64,000 bases of DNA from Setoptus koraiensis (lineage: Eukaryota; Animalia; Arthropoda): the NCBI GenBank assembly GCA_048013815.1, contig CM106585.1, positions 6,882,001-6,946,000 on the forward strand. Reading direction: 5' to 3'. Below the pieces are notes generated by a model. The model was given only the letters and a program-made list of their open reading frames with translations. It had not been told where the DNA came from and did not search any database. Below, one piece after another: positions 48,676 to 60,765 of this stretch (the first letter of the stretch is position 1; the number at the start of each line of letters is the position of its first letter). Made by a program: the position numbers and the translations under genes.

Positions 48676-50050
48676 TGTTGTTATTGTTGTCGCTATACGC
48701 AAATAGGCTATGGCACAAATAAAGTTGCTGCTATCAATCTATTCGTCTAGTCGTCGTCTGATAGTCACAATAGTATCACTGTCCGTCTGTCTATAATTAC
48801 TTGTCATCTCTTGTAAGGGTTGTTTGCAAACAATGGAGCCCCTTCTCAATTGGTGCACCTTTACTTTGGCACTGGTGCTGTTGCTGCTGCGGTCGCTCAC
48901 ATAAACTCTTGTATTATCACTCAGATCGTACAATAAATTGCTGACTAGTTAACAGAGACTCAAGTAGTAAAAAAAGTCAACTCTCCCTCTAGCGAATTGC
49001 GTAACGCGTAACAGACATACAAGCGAGCGGGTTCAGATATGACATTTGCGAATACGACACCATAGACAGAGATAGAGACACCGGACAGAGAGGCCATTGG
49101 CTTTTCGACGTGGTCAACCGTTAACGGTGAATTTATTCAGAGCGCCAGCGAGGTTCACAGACAGCGCAGCGTAGAGTTTATTCAGTTTTATATTTATATA
49201 TATAATATTTATATAATTTTGTATGACATACACAGACACATGGATCCCCTTTTGGGGCGTGCCGGAATAAACAGCAACGGACAGCAAACTAGAGGAAAAA
49301 ACTAAAAATATTCATTGCGCACAATTGGCTCAAAAAAATGGTTACCTGACGTTAGCTGCGCTGGCGCGCGCTTACGTAACAACCAACGACACGGGCACAC
49401 AAATAACAAAACAAATGGTCGGTGGCAATTAGTGGCCCCCCACACCACACACACAACTCACACTCAACTGGACACTGTGGAGTGGAGTTAGTTAAAAGTT
49501 GATAGCGGTAGTGGTGACCGACCACTACTAATAACCACTTACTATATGGTGCCATGATTATTACTATATGTTAATCACTTGCCCGCGGGTTAATTACTTG
49601 GCCCAAAATGTGCGTGCCTCTCCCTCTTTTACCTGACTTGTGCGGTAACCTGGTGGCGGTAACTGAATACCGAGTGAATACTACCACACTGAACAGGCTG
49701 AAAACTCCTACGCTTTTCCCCTGCGCCACGCTACTTATTATATCATGTGGCTGTATCACCGGTAGATATCTGCTAGTGATATGGTCAGTTGATATAAAAT
49801 GCTCGTGATATTTAAACGCCGCCATCGCCGCTATGCGCCACCATCATCACAATTAGTGGTGCACTATTAATGGCAAGCTAGATGGCGAGCTGGCTGGCTG
49901 CTACTGCTGATGCTGTTGTTGTTGTTGGTCGTGGTGTGGGCCGAATAATCATTGCGACCGCAATGGGGACCTAGTTACCGATGCGCCGCCATGATATTGT
50001 TTCGCCCGCCGAATCAACCACTGCCAGCGAGCCCAGCCGGGACAGACAAA

Positions 50051-51022
50051 TCATACAAAAGTTTGCGGCACTGCCACGTTGTCTATGGAGTTTCTCGGCA
50101 AGCGGTCGAAGAATATCACACCGGCCGATCGCTCTATTACATCCAATTTGTTTAATGGCACCCGGTAGTCCTCTAGACGTATCTTATTGTTAATGCTCTT
50201 GTCATTGGGCATCACAAATGCCTCTAGCCGCATGGCGCCCTCTTTAGTTTCGTAGGCGAACACCTTAAAGAAGTGCGTGGGCACGCTCACTTGATTGGCC
50301 CCAATCACCTCGTAATGAACATAAAATCGGCCATTTTGTGGATCTTTTCTGGGCAAAAACAACGGCCCGGTAACAACGTATAAATTCTTGGATTGTTTTG
50401 TCCTGTAGCGCACGTATTTCTCCAGTTTGTTCCAGCCCTCCCTATTGAACGTTGGCTCCTGAGGTGATATATTGGACAAAACAAACGTTTGCTCTACGTC
50501 TTGTTGGCGCAATTTATGGTTGCCAGCCGCCGCCAAATGGCCCCTGTCATAGCCAGAGCCTCGGTAGTCGGATGGATGCGAACGAAAGTATTCGTGCAGC
50601 GTTTTGTCCTCGCAAAATTCCGCATGAGATCTGTCCGTGTGATTGTTGTTGTCAATTTTGTCGGGAGTTAGGTGCTCGTAGGTCCAGGCGGCCGTTCTCA
50701 GGCGTCTGTCATAGGAGACTATGAAATCGTCAAACAGTCTTATGTTGTCAGTACTGGGGAAGCCCCATGTGGCCAGTTGCTTGAAATTTTGACCCGCAAT
50801 GGCCGGATCGGTTTCTACTAAATGTTTCCTGTCCGAATGGCTTGTTGGCTTGATGTGGTTATTTATGTTAATAATGTTGCCATTGTCGTTCGGCTGATTA
50901 GATCTGGGCGAAAAGTGATCCGAAGCTAGGGCAGCGTGATCCCTAACCACTCTTTCGTAGGCGATGCCCATCAGTGACCCGGCTAGGGCCGCGGTGCAAA
51001 ATTTTATAATGCTCCTTGCCAT
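50051..51022 (-). CDS. EndoG: Mitochondrial endonuclease G, intronless
   Basis: Motifs SYDRR.R...W..EHLT, DY.GSGYDRGHLAAAGNH, SNISPQ..FNR..WNKLE.YVR, VVTGPLFLP and VSVPTHFFKV. Confidence 0.95.
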   Translation of the reverse strand: MARSIIKFCTAALAGSLMGIAYERVVRDHAALASDHFSPRSNQPNDNGNIININNHIKPTSHSDRKHLVETDPAIAGQNFKQLATWGFPSTDNIRLFDDFIVSYDRRLRTAAWTYEHLTPDKIDNNNHTDRSHAEFCEDKTLHEYFRSHPSDYRGSGYDRGHLAAAGNHKLRQQDVEQTFVLSNISPQEPTFNREGWNKLEKYVRYRTKQSKNLYVVTGPLFLPRKDPQNGRFYVHYEVIGANQVSVPTHFFKVFAYETKEGAMRLEAFVMPNDKSINNKIRLEDYRVPLNKLDVIERSAGVIFFDRLPRNSIDNVAVPQTFV

Positions 51023-54000
51023 GTCTCGTTGTGACCTACAGATGATTTAACCAAACTATATGTGAAAACTATAACTAGTGCTCGGGACGGCTAGCTGATG
51101 AGTCGTAAATATAAATTTAATTTAATTGATATTCTATTTATTAACAATAATAACAACAATAACAGCAACAACAACAATAACGGGACCGTAACGGTTTTAA
51201 ATTACCAACGGTAACACCGTGACACAGTTGTTTACAAATGCCACATATGCGCCATGATCAGTCTCGAAAGCAAAAACATTCATGCAAAAAACGCCCGGAA
51301 GGGCGGCGCTGTCTGCGCATGATGAGTGAGCTTTGCAGAGCCGTCGCCCGAAAGGCACACAGCATTGCGTCCTCGTGCGTCGAGAGCTGCAAGCTTTGTA
51401 GCAATCATTTGAAACGAAACAAACCCGACCACTATTCTGCCATTATGAGAGATGCTGGAGAAATCCGCTAGGGGTAACCCTTGCGTACAGGATGTTGCTA
51501 AATAGTGTGACCCCTGGCGGATTTGCTCAAGAATCATTAAGTGCCAGCGTTGATCGAGTCATGTTTTGCCTAGTATCATTGTGATTGGTGATACTGTATC
51601 ACCAATCAGTTTGTAGGCGAGTACGACATCTATGACGGGTTATCATTGTACCGTTATACCGAACTGTGTCCCACAGTCTGTGTGCGTTTTTGCGAATGTC
51701 GCTCCGGTGGATTTTCATGGCGTCCGCCAGGGCGGCGTACTTGATTCGCCTTGTGCAATGTGAGCGGGTGGCAGTTGATACTGCTTGCATTCGTGGCCAC
51801 TCGATTGAATCACAATAACTGAACATTTATCGAACCACTTTTGGTTTTGTTGTCAACTGTGATCATCAGAGTCTGATGCGCTTTGCACGCCTCTGGCGGA
51901 TAAAAGAGTCACCAGAGTAAAACTGAAAAAAGCGTACACAGAAAAGAAAGTGACGCTCCTCAAAAGATGGCGCCACTTGCTTGTGGAATGGGGCCCAACT
52001 GGGGCCCGGCGAGGCAGGCCTTTCAAAGCCATTGGCCTGCGATAGACGACGAGAATTCACTCAAAGTTTTGAGTTGGTTTAACACAAGTGTCCATTCGTG
52101 AATAAGTCTGGGCTGTGTTTAATAGATCGCGCGATGGGTACCTAGCGATGAATGAGCGAGCGCAAAGATGACGAAAACTTATATCGTATAAGTTATACGT
52201 AATGAGTCAACAGACACAGTCAAATAGAGGCCAGATACGTCCTGTCTGGCATTGACGGATAGAATGGTTTGCATTTTTGCACAATCGTGCTTGTTGATAC
52301 ATTTGCCAGTTGGGCGCCGTTTGTTTGCTCGCGCTGTTAGATCTGTTTGACGTTTGTTTGCAGTAGTTTTGCGTCTGGCGGCCGCCAACGCTCCCAGTGC
52401 AGGAATGGGCCCATTAAAACATGGTCCTCAACACAATTGAGACAGACAGTCTCAATTGTGGGAGGGAGACAGAGAGGGAGAGGCAGCGAACGAGCGAAGA
52501 AAAAGATACGACGACGACGACGACGACGACGCGATTAATGGGGCGCGGGAAGCGTTTATTTGCCGATCAAACTGCACTCTGACACAAGTAAAAGTTGTAA
52601 AGCTGATGGAGGGCGTGGGGGGCGCACTGCAATTCGTGCCCTGAATACAGATCGTGATTTATATTCAATTTTCCCGTTTCTTGCCCCCGATTGAATGTCC
52701 ATTTCGCGACGAGACATTTCGTCGGGCCGGCCGAGCCGGCGGGCTGGCCCAAAACGCCGAAACTGTGGAAACTGCGAAAACTGCGGAAAATGTGGAAAAT
52801 GTTGAAAATGTTGAAGGGGCTGCGAAAGCCAAGGAGGCCCGGCCTGGCGTGAGCGGCGAGGGTTGGCCGCGGTTAAGGTCAGACGGCGGGCGCTGCGAAA
52901 GTCATTGATTTCGCATCTGAGCCGCTCGACGGCGAGCTGGTCCGATCGCGTGCCATCTCGTGCACGGCGCCAGTTGTTGTTTGCTCAAAATAACACGGGT
53001 AACGGTTAAATAACGTGCTGGCTGGCTTGTTGTCGCCGGCTGGCTCATCGTCGGCGCTGGTTGGTCGCTGGTGCTGGCTGGCTGGCCGGCTGGTCGGAAC
53101 GACGGTTAGAAAACACAAATTGATTGGTGAGCACATGACAGCAGCGGCAGAGCGAGTGGGAGTAAATTGTCCGAGCCACAGTGACATATAGAGCGAGTCA
53201 GTCTTTTTGTTCGGCCAGCTCGCGCCAGAGCCCGTTCAGTCCGAGGGTCCAGGAAGTGCGCACAACTGTGCAGCCAGTGGCCGTCTCTCCATCCGCTCTC
53301 TTCAGCGGCCCCCGTTTCTGGCGAGCTCCTGCCGGCGAGCTCGTGTCGTGAGAGGCCGAGCTCGCCAAGAAGCTCGGTGTGTGTGTGTGTCGGCGTCGAG
53401 GATTGGCCAGTACCAAAACCGCAACAATAACAGCCTCACAACAAAGAGATAGTTGCGTTATGTGTCTCATTTGAGACACTGTTTGTGTGCAGTGCAATCT
53501 ATCTGGCCATTACACAATCACGTCATCGGCGGCTGTTGTTATTTTGTTGTTCATGTGTGCTTGTGGTGGTTGCTGTTGCTGTTGTTGCTGTTGCCGTGGT
53601 TGTTGTGGTTGGTGTTGTTGTTGTGGTCGGCTTGGTTGTTGGGGCCAGTTCAGGCAAGTTCAGTAGCATCAGTAGCGATGGGCAGACTCAAACAACGACG
53701 CTGTCTGCGAATTATAATTTCTTAACCTCCTGCCTTCATTTCCGATCCACTGACTTGTGTCCGACTTGCTAGTTTGTCTGCTGTCTGCCAAGATCGCGCC
53801 GCTCGCCCATTTGCCAATGTCGACATATTGCACGTTTGCTGACTATGGCAAAGTGCGCCCCATTGTTTGCTAATTCCAATCGAGAGCCGCCAAGCGAGAC
53901 AAAGGGTTGGCGGCCATCTTGTGGCCACCATCTATCAATAACAATGATGGGGCCGGCCGAAAGACCACACAGCCAATACAATTCAATAATAAACAATTTC

Positions 54001-54304
54001 ATCATACGCGGGGGCCCCACAATTGGCGGCTGGCTCACCTGTACGAGGTTGCTGCACCTGTCGTTGGGGGTTGATGAGGACGAGGCGAATTAAATTATTG
54101 ATATTCATTGCGTTACTACTGTGTCTACTGTCTGTCGGTCGATCTGTCTGTCGGTCTATCTGTGTGTCTGTTGCATCTAATTACGCAAGTCGCAATGTAC
54201 AAGTGGTGAGTGCTTCACAGATGAGTCGTTTGCAGGCGATTCGTTCACAGGTGAGCTTCATAAGTGAGGTGAAAAGCCAACTCGTGTCTTCGCTGTCTCA
54301 GCTA

Positions 54305-56524
54305 CTAACCTACGTAATCGAGCTGACATCGCTGCTGAGAAGCGGCACCATTATTGTTGTTGCCGGCAATATCCAAATTGTTGTTGTTATTGTTGTTGTG
54401 CTGGCCACCGTGCGTGTGCTGTTGCGCAATGTGGTTGCCTATGCCGAACGCCGTTGCCGCATGATGCATGGTGAGATGATGATGATGACGTAATGATGAC
54501 TTGAACGGCGATTGGCTACTCACGTGCCCGTCCATTGACTGACCATAATGATTCAATGGCTGCTGCTGCTGTTGCTGCTGCTGCCGATGATGATATCCGA
54601 TCACAGCTGTGACTTGGCCAATTTGTTGTTGTTGTAGTTGGCGCGCGAGAGATGATTGCATCATTGTTGCAATATGTTTCTGTTCCATGATGCTGCCAAT
54701 AGCTTGCTGTTGTTGCTGTTGTTGCTGCTGTCCGGCAACCATCAAACTGTTTTGGCTTGCAACCACGGAGGCTGAGGGCGCCAAAGTCACCGGCACAACA
54801 ACGCCAGCCGATGCAGCGTTGCCCGATGACGTAACTGACACAACGGAATTATTATTGTTGTTGTTGTTGTTATTATTATTATTATTATTGGCTAACAGGG
54901 ACGGAAGTAAATTTGTTGTTTGCGCCAGCGAGCCGTAGACGGCGGTCATTCTGGCGCCGGCGTGGATATTATTCACTGGCTTGATGGTCATTTGATCATC
55001 GGCAAGGCCATAGGCACCTAGGCGCGTCATTGAGCCGCATTGTTATTACCGGTGTTATTATTATTATTATTATTAGTTTACCGGGTCGCCGAGTGGCCGA
55101 GTCGTCGGTTCGTTGGGTCGTCGAGTCGTCGGTTTGTTGGGTCGTCGAGCCGTCGGTGCCATCGGTGCATTGAGTGGCGAGTTACGAGCGTCAGAGGAAA
55201 CGGGCGAGGCAAGAGTCAGAAGATTGGTTAGCGAGTCTGGTGGGTGCAGAGATACTTTTGTACTTTTATCTGTGCATTGCGATGTGGATCGCGACACAAA
55301 CAAGAGTATAAACAGCAGCATAAACAAGAGCATAAACAGCAACATAAACAAGAGCGCAAACAAAAGCATAATTAAGAGCGCTGCGAACGGGGCCAGAACG
55401 GCTACAACTCACCTGTGCTGCTATTGTGCTGCAACACACTCAATAAGTGACTCATGCGACGTTGGTCCTGTTCATCTTGAGCCACTTCCGGTTCGCACAC
55501 AATCCCGTCAACAATGTCGCTGGTGTTGTCTGTGTTGTCCACTATTGCGTCTACGCACTCGTCCACTATGTCGTCGCACGACGATCTGACACTGTGATCG
55601 TCGCTGTGATTGTCCTGTGATATTAGGTCGCTTTTGTGGCCCATTAGATGATGATCCAATTGATTCAGGTTCAGGTTGCTGCCGCCGCTGTTGGCCATGG
55701 CCTGTTTGGCGCTGTTGCAATTCTTGTTGCCGGATGTCACCGGCATATACGGGCCGGTTCTGTGCGCTGTCAGCTGATGATAGCCTTTATTATTATCCAA
55801 TAATGTTGTCATGTCGTAACTGTTGTTATTGATCAATCTAGAGTCATTTGTGGTGCAGTTGTACTGCTGCTGCTGCTGCTGCTGGAGTTGCATTTGAAAC
55901 ATATTAAATGGATCCAGATCTCGCTGGCTGTCGCTGTCGCTCGCCATGAACGTCCTCGAGTACCTTCGGCTGTCCGCGGACGCCGCATTGACCGAATACC
56001 TCATTTTGGTTGGGGTACTCAGAGCGGACCTGGACTGGGCGTAGCGTTGCTGTTGTTGCTGGTAGCGACTGTGACCCGCTGTCGACTCCACCGGACTACC
56101 GATAGAGGGCAGATAATTGACGGAACCCGCGCGGGACCTGACGCCACCGGCGACATGCGAACTAGAATCAGTGTTAATTGGCTGCAGTGCGTTGATATTG
56201 GTGGCGCTGCTGTTGGCGGACAGGGGCACAATTGGCTGGACACATTTCGACAGCTGCGAGCTGCTCGTTTGTTGCGACGACGGGCGCCTCATTAAGTAAA
56301 AACCATTATCATTATGTAATTGGGCTTGTTGTTGCTGTTGTTGTTGTTGTTGTTGTTGCTGTTGATTTGGCGCGCCGCCGGTGCCGGTTGTATGCGAATA
56401 CAATAAAGTGCCGTGCGCGGAACCCGCTCTTATGGCCGGCGACATGGTATCGGCGCGCTGTCCGTCCATCGAGGCGCCCATATGCAATGAGGCACGACGT
56501 TGCTGTCGGTGGTGGTGACGGTGT

Positions 56525-56556
<32 letters not shown>

Positions 56557-59500
56557 TTGCTGCTGTATTGTCCAGCTTGTGGCCAGCACGCTCGAATGAG
56601 TCCGGCCAGCGCCCGGCCCGGCGCACATGGCGCCGCCTCTGGAGGTTGCGGCGGACGAAAGTTGGTGCGGAACGGCGGACATGCTGTTTGTCTGGCGCAA
56701 TATACCCGGCGCGGCCGCAGCCGGCGCCGGTTGGCCGCTGTGCTGCTGGCCGGCGCTCATCGGTGACATTGGGGCCATTGGGGCCATTGGGGCGCCAGCG
56801 CCGGCCAATGAATTAGCGGCGCCGGCGCCACCGGCGCCCATCATCATCAGCTGATGATGATGCTGATGATTATATGGATGTCCAGTCAAGTGAAGCGTTT
56901 CAAGGGAGCAATCATCGTTGCTGCTGGTGTTATCATCATTTGACACATTGTGTTGTGACATTGTTGTTGATTCGCTGGCCCCATTGTTGTTGGCACTATT
57001 GCGCAACGCTTGCTGTTGCTGTAACGGGTGCTGGTGGTGGTGCTGTTGTTGTTGGTGTTGTTGTTGCTGGTGTTGTTGCTGCTGGTGTTGCTGCTGGTGC
57101 TGTTGTTGCTGGTGGTGGCGCTGCTGGTCGTAGCCAGATATGGGCATGTTGGTGGGCACGCTGGTGGCGCTCATGGCGCGGCTATGGTGGCTGCTGGTCT
57201 TGTGCAATAATTGATGGTATTTCTTCTCCAATTGAAGATACTCGTGCTGCAGGGCGCTTATCTCTCGGCTACGTTGTTATTATTATTATTATTATTATAT
57301 TATGATCCGCCATTATCATTGTTATTGTCGTTGTTATGATTGTTGTTATTGTTATTATTGATATTGTTATTGTTGGCGTTGCGTTTTAATACATATAGAT
57401 AGATGTGCATAAAGTAATGCCCAAAATCATGGCATTGCGCCGTGACCGGTTGGCCGGTGCATCCAGCGGCAGTATGGCAAGAGTCCGCGAGGGCGCATTC
57501 AATTCATTCAATTATCCGAGATGGCCAGCGGTTAGCGGCCAGCGTTATTCAATGTCCGCCATGTGATGATGATTTAAATATATGACGACGGCCGCGGTAA
57601 CAAAAATGAGCCGAGACAGAACATAAATCATTTTAATTAGATTATTTGCTCATCGCTCCTGGCGCTGTCACGACACACACACACACACACACAACATCGA
57701 GCTAATGAACGGGCCCCTCGGACTCCGAGGCTCGGAGCTTGCACGGCCTAGAGTGGGCCCGTGACCGACAATATAGTCTCGTTTGCACGCGCAAATCTCC
57801 TCCCGACAACAAGCGACAACGAAGAGGGGGCGTGAGACGCGGCCAGGTTTTGCGGGCGCGCCCATGAAACCACGGGCCAGCGAGACGACGCCACACGCGG
57901 ACAACGCGGACGTGTCCGTCGCGGCGGAGCCCCCACGGGGATTAGGGTGACAACGAGCACGAGCCCCAAATCGACAACAAGAGTATCAAGAAGTGAAATG
58001 AAAATAGACCTGACGATCTTTGCGCCGGTCTGCTGAGCCGGGGCCGGATTATAGTTAGGCCGGCCCCGGCCTACTGACAATGTGAGTAAATCGGCAAATA
58101 GACGACGCTGGACGGCTAATGGGCTCGCAGGGATGAGGGGATGAAAGGATGAGGGGCCAGCGGCGCGAAACGGGGCCCGGCTTAAAAGAGGGGCCCCATT
58201 TTATATTTATATATTTATATTTGCAAATATTTATGGTGTCATCACTGGTTGAATTGGTACCATGGGCTAGCGTGGGCGCATGCCATTGCTCTCGGTATCG
58301 GGCCGGCGACTCACCGATACCGACAGCGACGATACCGACAGCGACGGCGACGGCACCGACGGCGACGGCACCGACAGCGACCATGTCGACGGACCACCAA
58401 TTCCGAGAAAGATTTCGAGAGATTTGCGCATCGGAGCCCAAGTCTCGGCAGTGCATCACACGTGTGCACTATTGCGAGCCACAACTATCCACATAAACAA
58501 AATCCATATCTGGCGTGTGGCAAGATTATGAATATTTATTAGCCCGAGTTGTGATGAGCGCAATAATGAAGCCGGCGAGCAATAACTATTTAGTGTCTCT
58601 TTGGGGCTCTTTATTGGTCCCTTTCGCCCCCGTTTATGTGCCACTGGCTGGCACTGTGTCTGGCCGGCACTGTATCTCAATGGATACAGTGCCAGATACA
58701 GATTTATACAGTGTTTAGCCGGCATTTATCCAGTGTTTATCCAGCGGGTTCGATGCAGGCCGTGCGGCGACACCCGACCAAACAGATAACTTGATACACT
58801 CGGCCGGCCCACAGTAAATACACCAGCGACAACCAGCGACGCCAAGATAGCCACTCAAATACAGAGGACGGCCCACGATAAGATTGTGTGCAAGTTTGCG
58901 GGGCCCGGGATCATTTAGCTGGCACTGTGGGCCGGCAAGCTGGCCGGCACTTATGGCAGCGCGTTGCCCGTTAGGTAATGGCGAGCTATCAAATATTTAA
59001 AATCCTCTCTGCGCTGTATCGGCGCTGGCTGCGTGTATCATGTGCAGATTTATGTGGCTCGCTTTATGCAACCATTTCGGTTATTTTCGGCCGCCAGTTT
59101 GTTGTTGAGCCGGCTGTCGCTAGTTGTAAGGGTTTTTTGGGTTGCTGCAGCTGTTCATTCAACAGCAGCGGTTGCGCGCCCAAAAAACACCAAAAAGGGG
59201 CCCCCGTTTTTATATATTTTTATATATAAAGATCCGTTCTCGAGCATTGTGAGTGCGCAACTGCTTGTGTTTGCGCTTGTTCCTCGCTGCTAATCCCGGC
59301 CACCAAATCGATGACAGATCTTCTTTGCTACACGCACTTGTAGTTTATATTCGTTGGCGGCCATTAAATTATGTCGGCGCTGACCATTATCATCGCAGCG
59401 GTCGCCCGGTCGGCCCGCCGGCACCGAATATCAAGACCCATTGGCCCGGCCAGACAGACAGATAGTGCGAGCGAGCCTGCGGTCCTGTTCGCTCGCTTGT

Positions 59501-60550
59501 CCGGCCCGGCGGCAGCGCATGCAATCCGAGCGGGCCCCTCTGATAACTGTGCAAGTTTTGTCGTGCTTTATCTGCTCCACTAGATTAGCTACAACAAGTG
59601 ACTCAATAACTGACGCACCAACGTCAACGGCAACAACGGCGACAACAGCGACAACAGCGACCACGACAACAACATCAACAATTGATAAGCGCATTGTTGT
59701 TGGTATAATCTCGATCGTCATATATGTCGCCCACGCACGAGCTGTGCACGATGCGTTGTGTTGCGCGATCAAATCCAGCTGAAAATCATATCCGTTTTTA
59801 TCGTGTCGCGCAACGATAACGCACATCGGCCCCGATGACCGCTGATCCGTCGGGCCGCTGGCGACAAAGCCGGCCAGTTTATCGGCTTACGTTCATTATT
59901 CGCGCTCCAATCCGCGCCACAACAACAATCAAACAATCGCACAAACAAGCGCACAAACATACAAACAAAAACTCTGCCCTCTACCAGCCAACCAACAAAT
60001 TAGCTGCTATTTGACGAAACTACAAGTGGTTGCAACTTGCAATGCAAGTATTGATGCCCGGCGTGCCATTTTTGGCCGCAACAGGATATCGGGCCTCGAT
60101 GAGCTCGCCGGCGACCGTCATCGAGGCTCAAGTATGCGCATCGGATCAGCGATCCTCGCGAGCGAATCACATTCGCACTGTGTGACGTTAGTTGATTATC
60201 CGTCGCTGACCCGCTGATGACCGTCAACGGGGCGCCCATCGGCCTGCTAACGGCAAAGCGGAATCATGTTTTCGATTGAAACGGATAATAGCGCAACGGC
60301 ATGACGGCATAATGGAACGATGGCACAATGGCTCAATAATGAAATGCGAGCCCCAATATGCGAGCAACAAACACACACACGGGTGCCCCAAAAGTGGGCG
60401 CCTCACTTACCTCATTTGATGGCGCTGATTAGTGGCAATGGAATCGTAATTGTTGTAAATGTGATTAAATAGCAATAAACTGTCTACCCATTCAATGTGC
60501 ACGGTCAGCTGACCGTCGTTCTCGAGATAATTCTTCGACGCGCTCTTAAT
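54305..60550 (-). CDS. 3' part of a large uncharacterised gene (conserved beta-strand plus coiled coil, then a very long Q/N/H-rich tail); exons 60550-60411, 57268-55413, 55017-54305; 5' exons not found in the window
   Basis: Donors AG|GTAAGT (60410) and AG|GTGAGT (55412) and acceptors TAG (57269, 55018) join in consistent phases (2, then 1). The junction reads IKSASKNYLENDGQLTVHIEWVDSLLLFNHIYNNYDSIATNQRHQMSREISALQHEYLQLEKKY. Confidence 0.7.
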
Positions 60551-60674
60551 CTGACGTGGGCAGGCGGCATCGATTTGTTGTTGATTGGGTTGCATCGCGA
60601 ATCAATTCACGTCAAATTTGTTTGATGGGCGAGCATTGCGTCATTTGGTGTTTATTCAGCAGTGTTCATTTGTG

Positions 60675-60765
60675 CGCGTTTATCCGCGTTTATCCGCGTC
60701 GGTCCGCATTTGTCCGAGTTTGTCCGCGTTGGTGCGCATTTATCCGCGCCGGTCCGCGTCGGTCC
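60675..60765. repeat. Degenerate 10-bp tandem repeat (GCGTTTATCC-like, about 9 units); similar short arrays near 52750 (9 bp), 55100 (24 bp), 55300 (12 bp), 58315 (15 bp), 62530 (14 bp) and 63710 (9 bp)
   Basis: Read directly from the sequence. Confidence 0.8.

Noticed and set aside
51238-54300. Short ORFs between EndoG and the low-complexity gene
   Set aside because: No motifs or consistent splicing. The composition fits UTR or intergenic simple repeats.
55402-57231. Teneurin intracellular-domain resemblance (SALSTPTK, NYLPSIGSP)
   Set aside because: No TM segment, EGF or YD repeats follow, and there is no room before EndoG.
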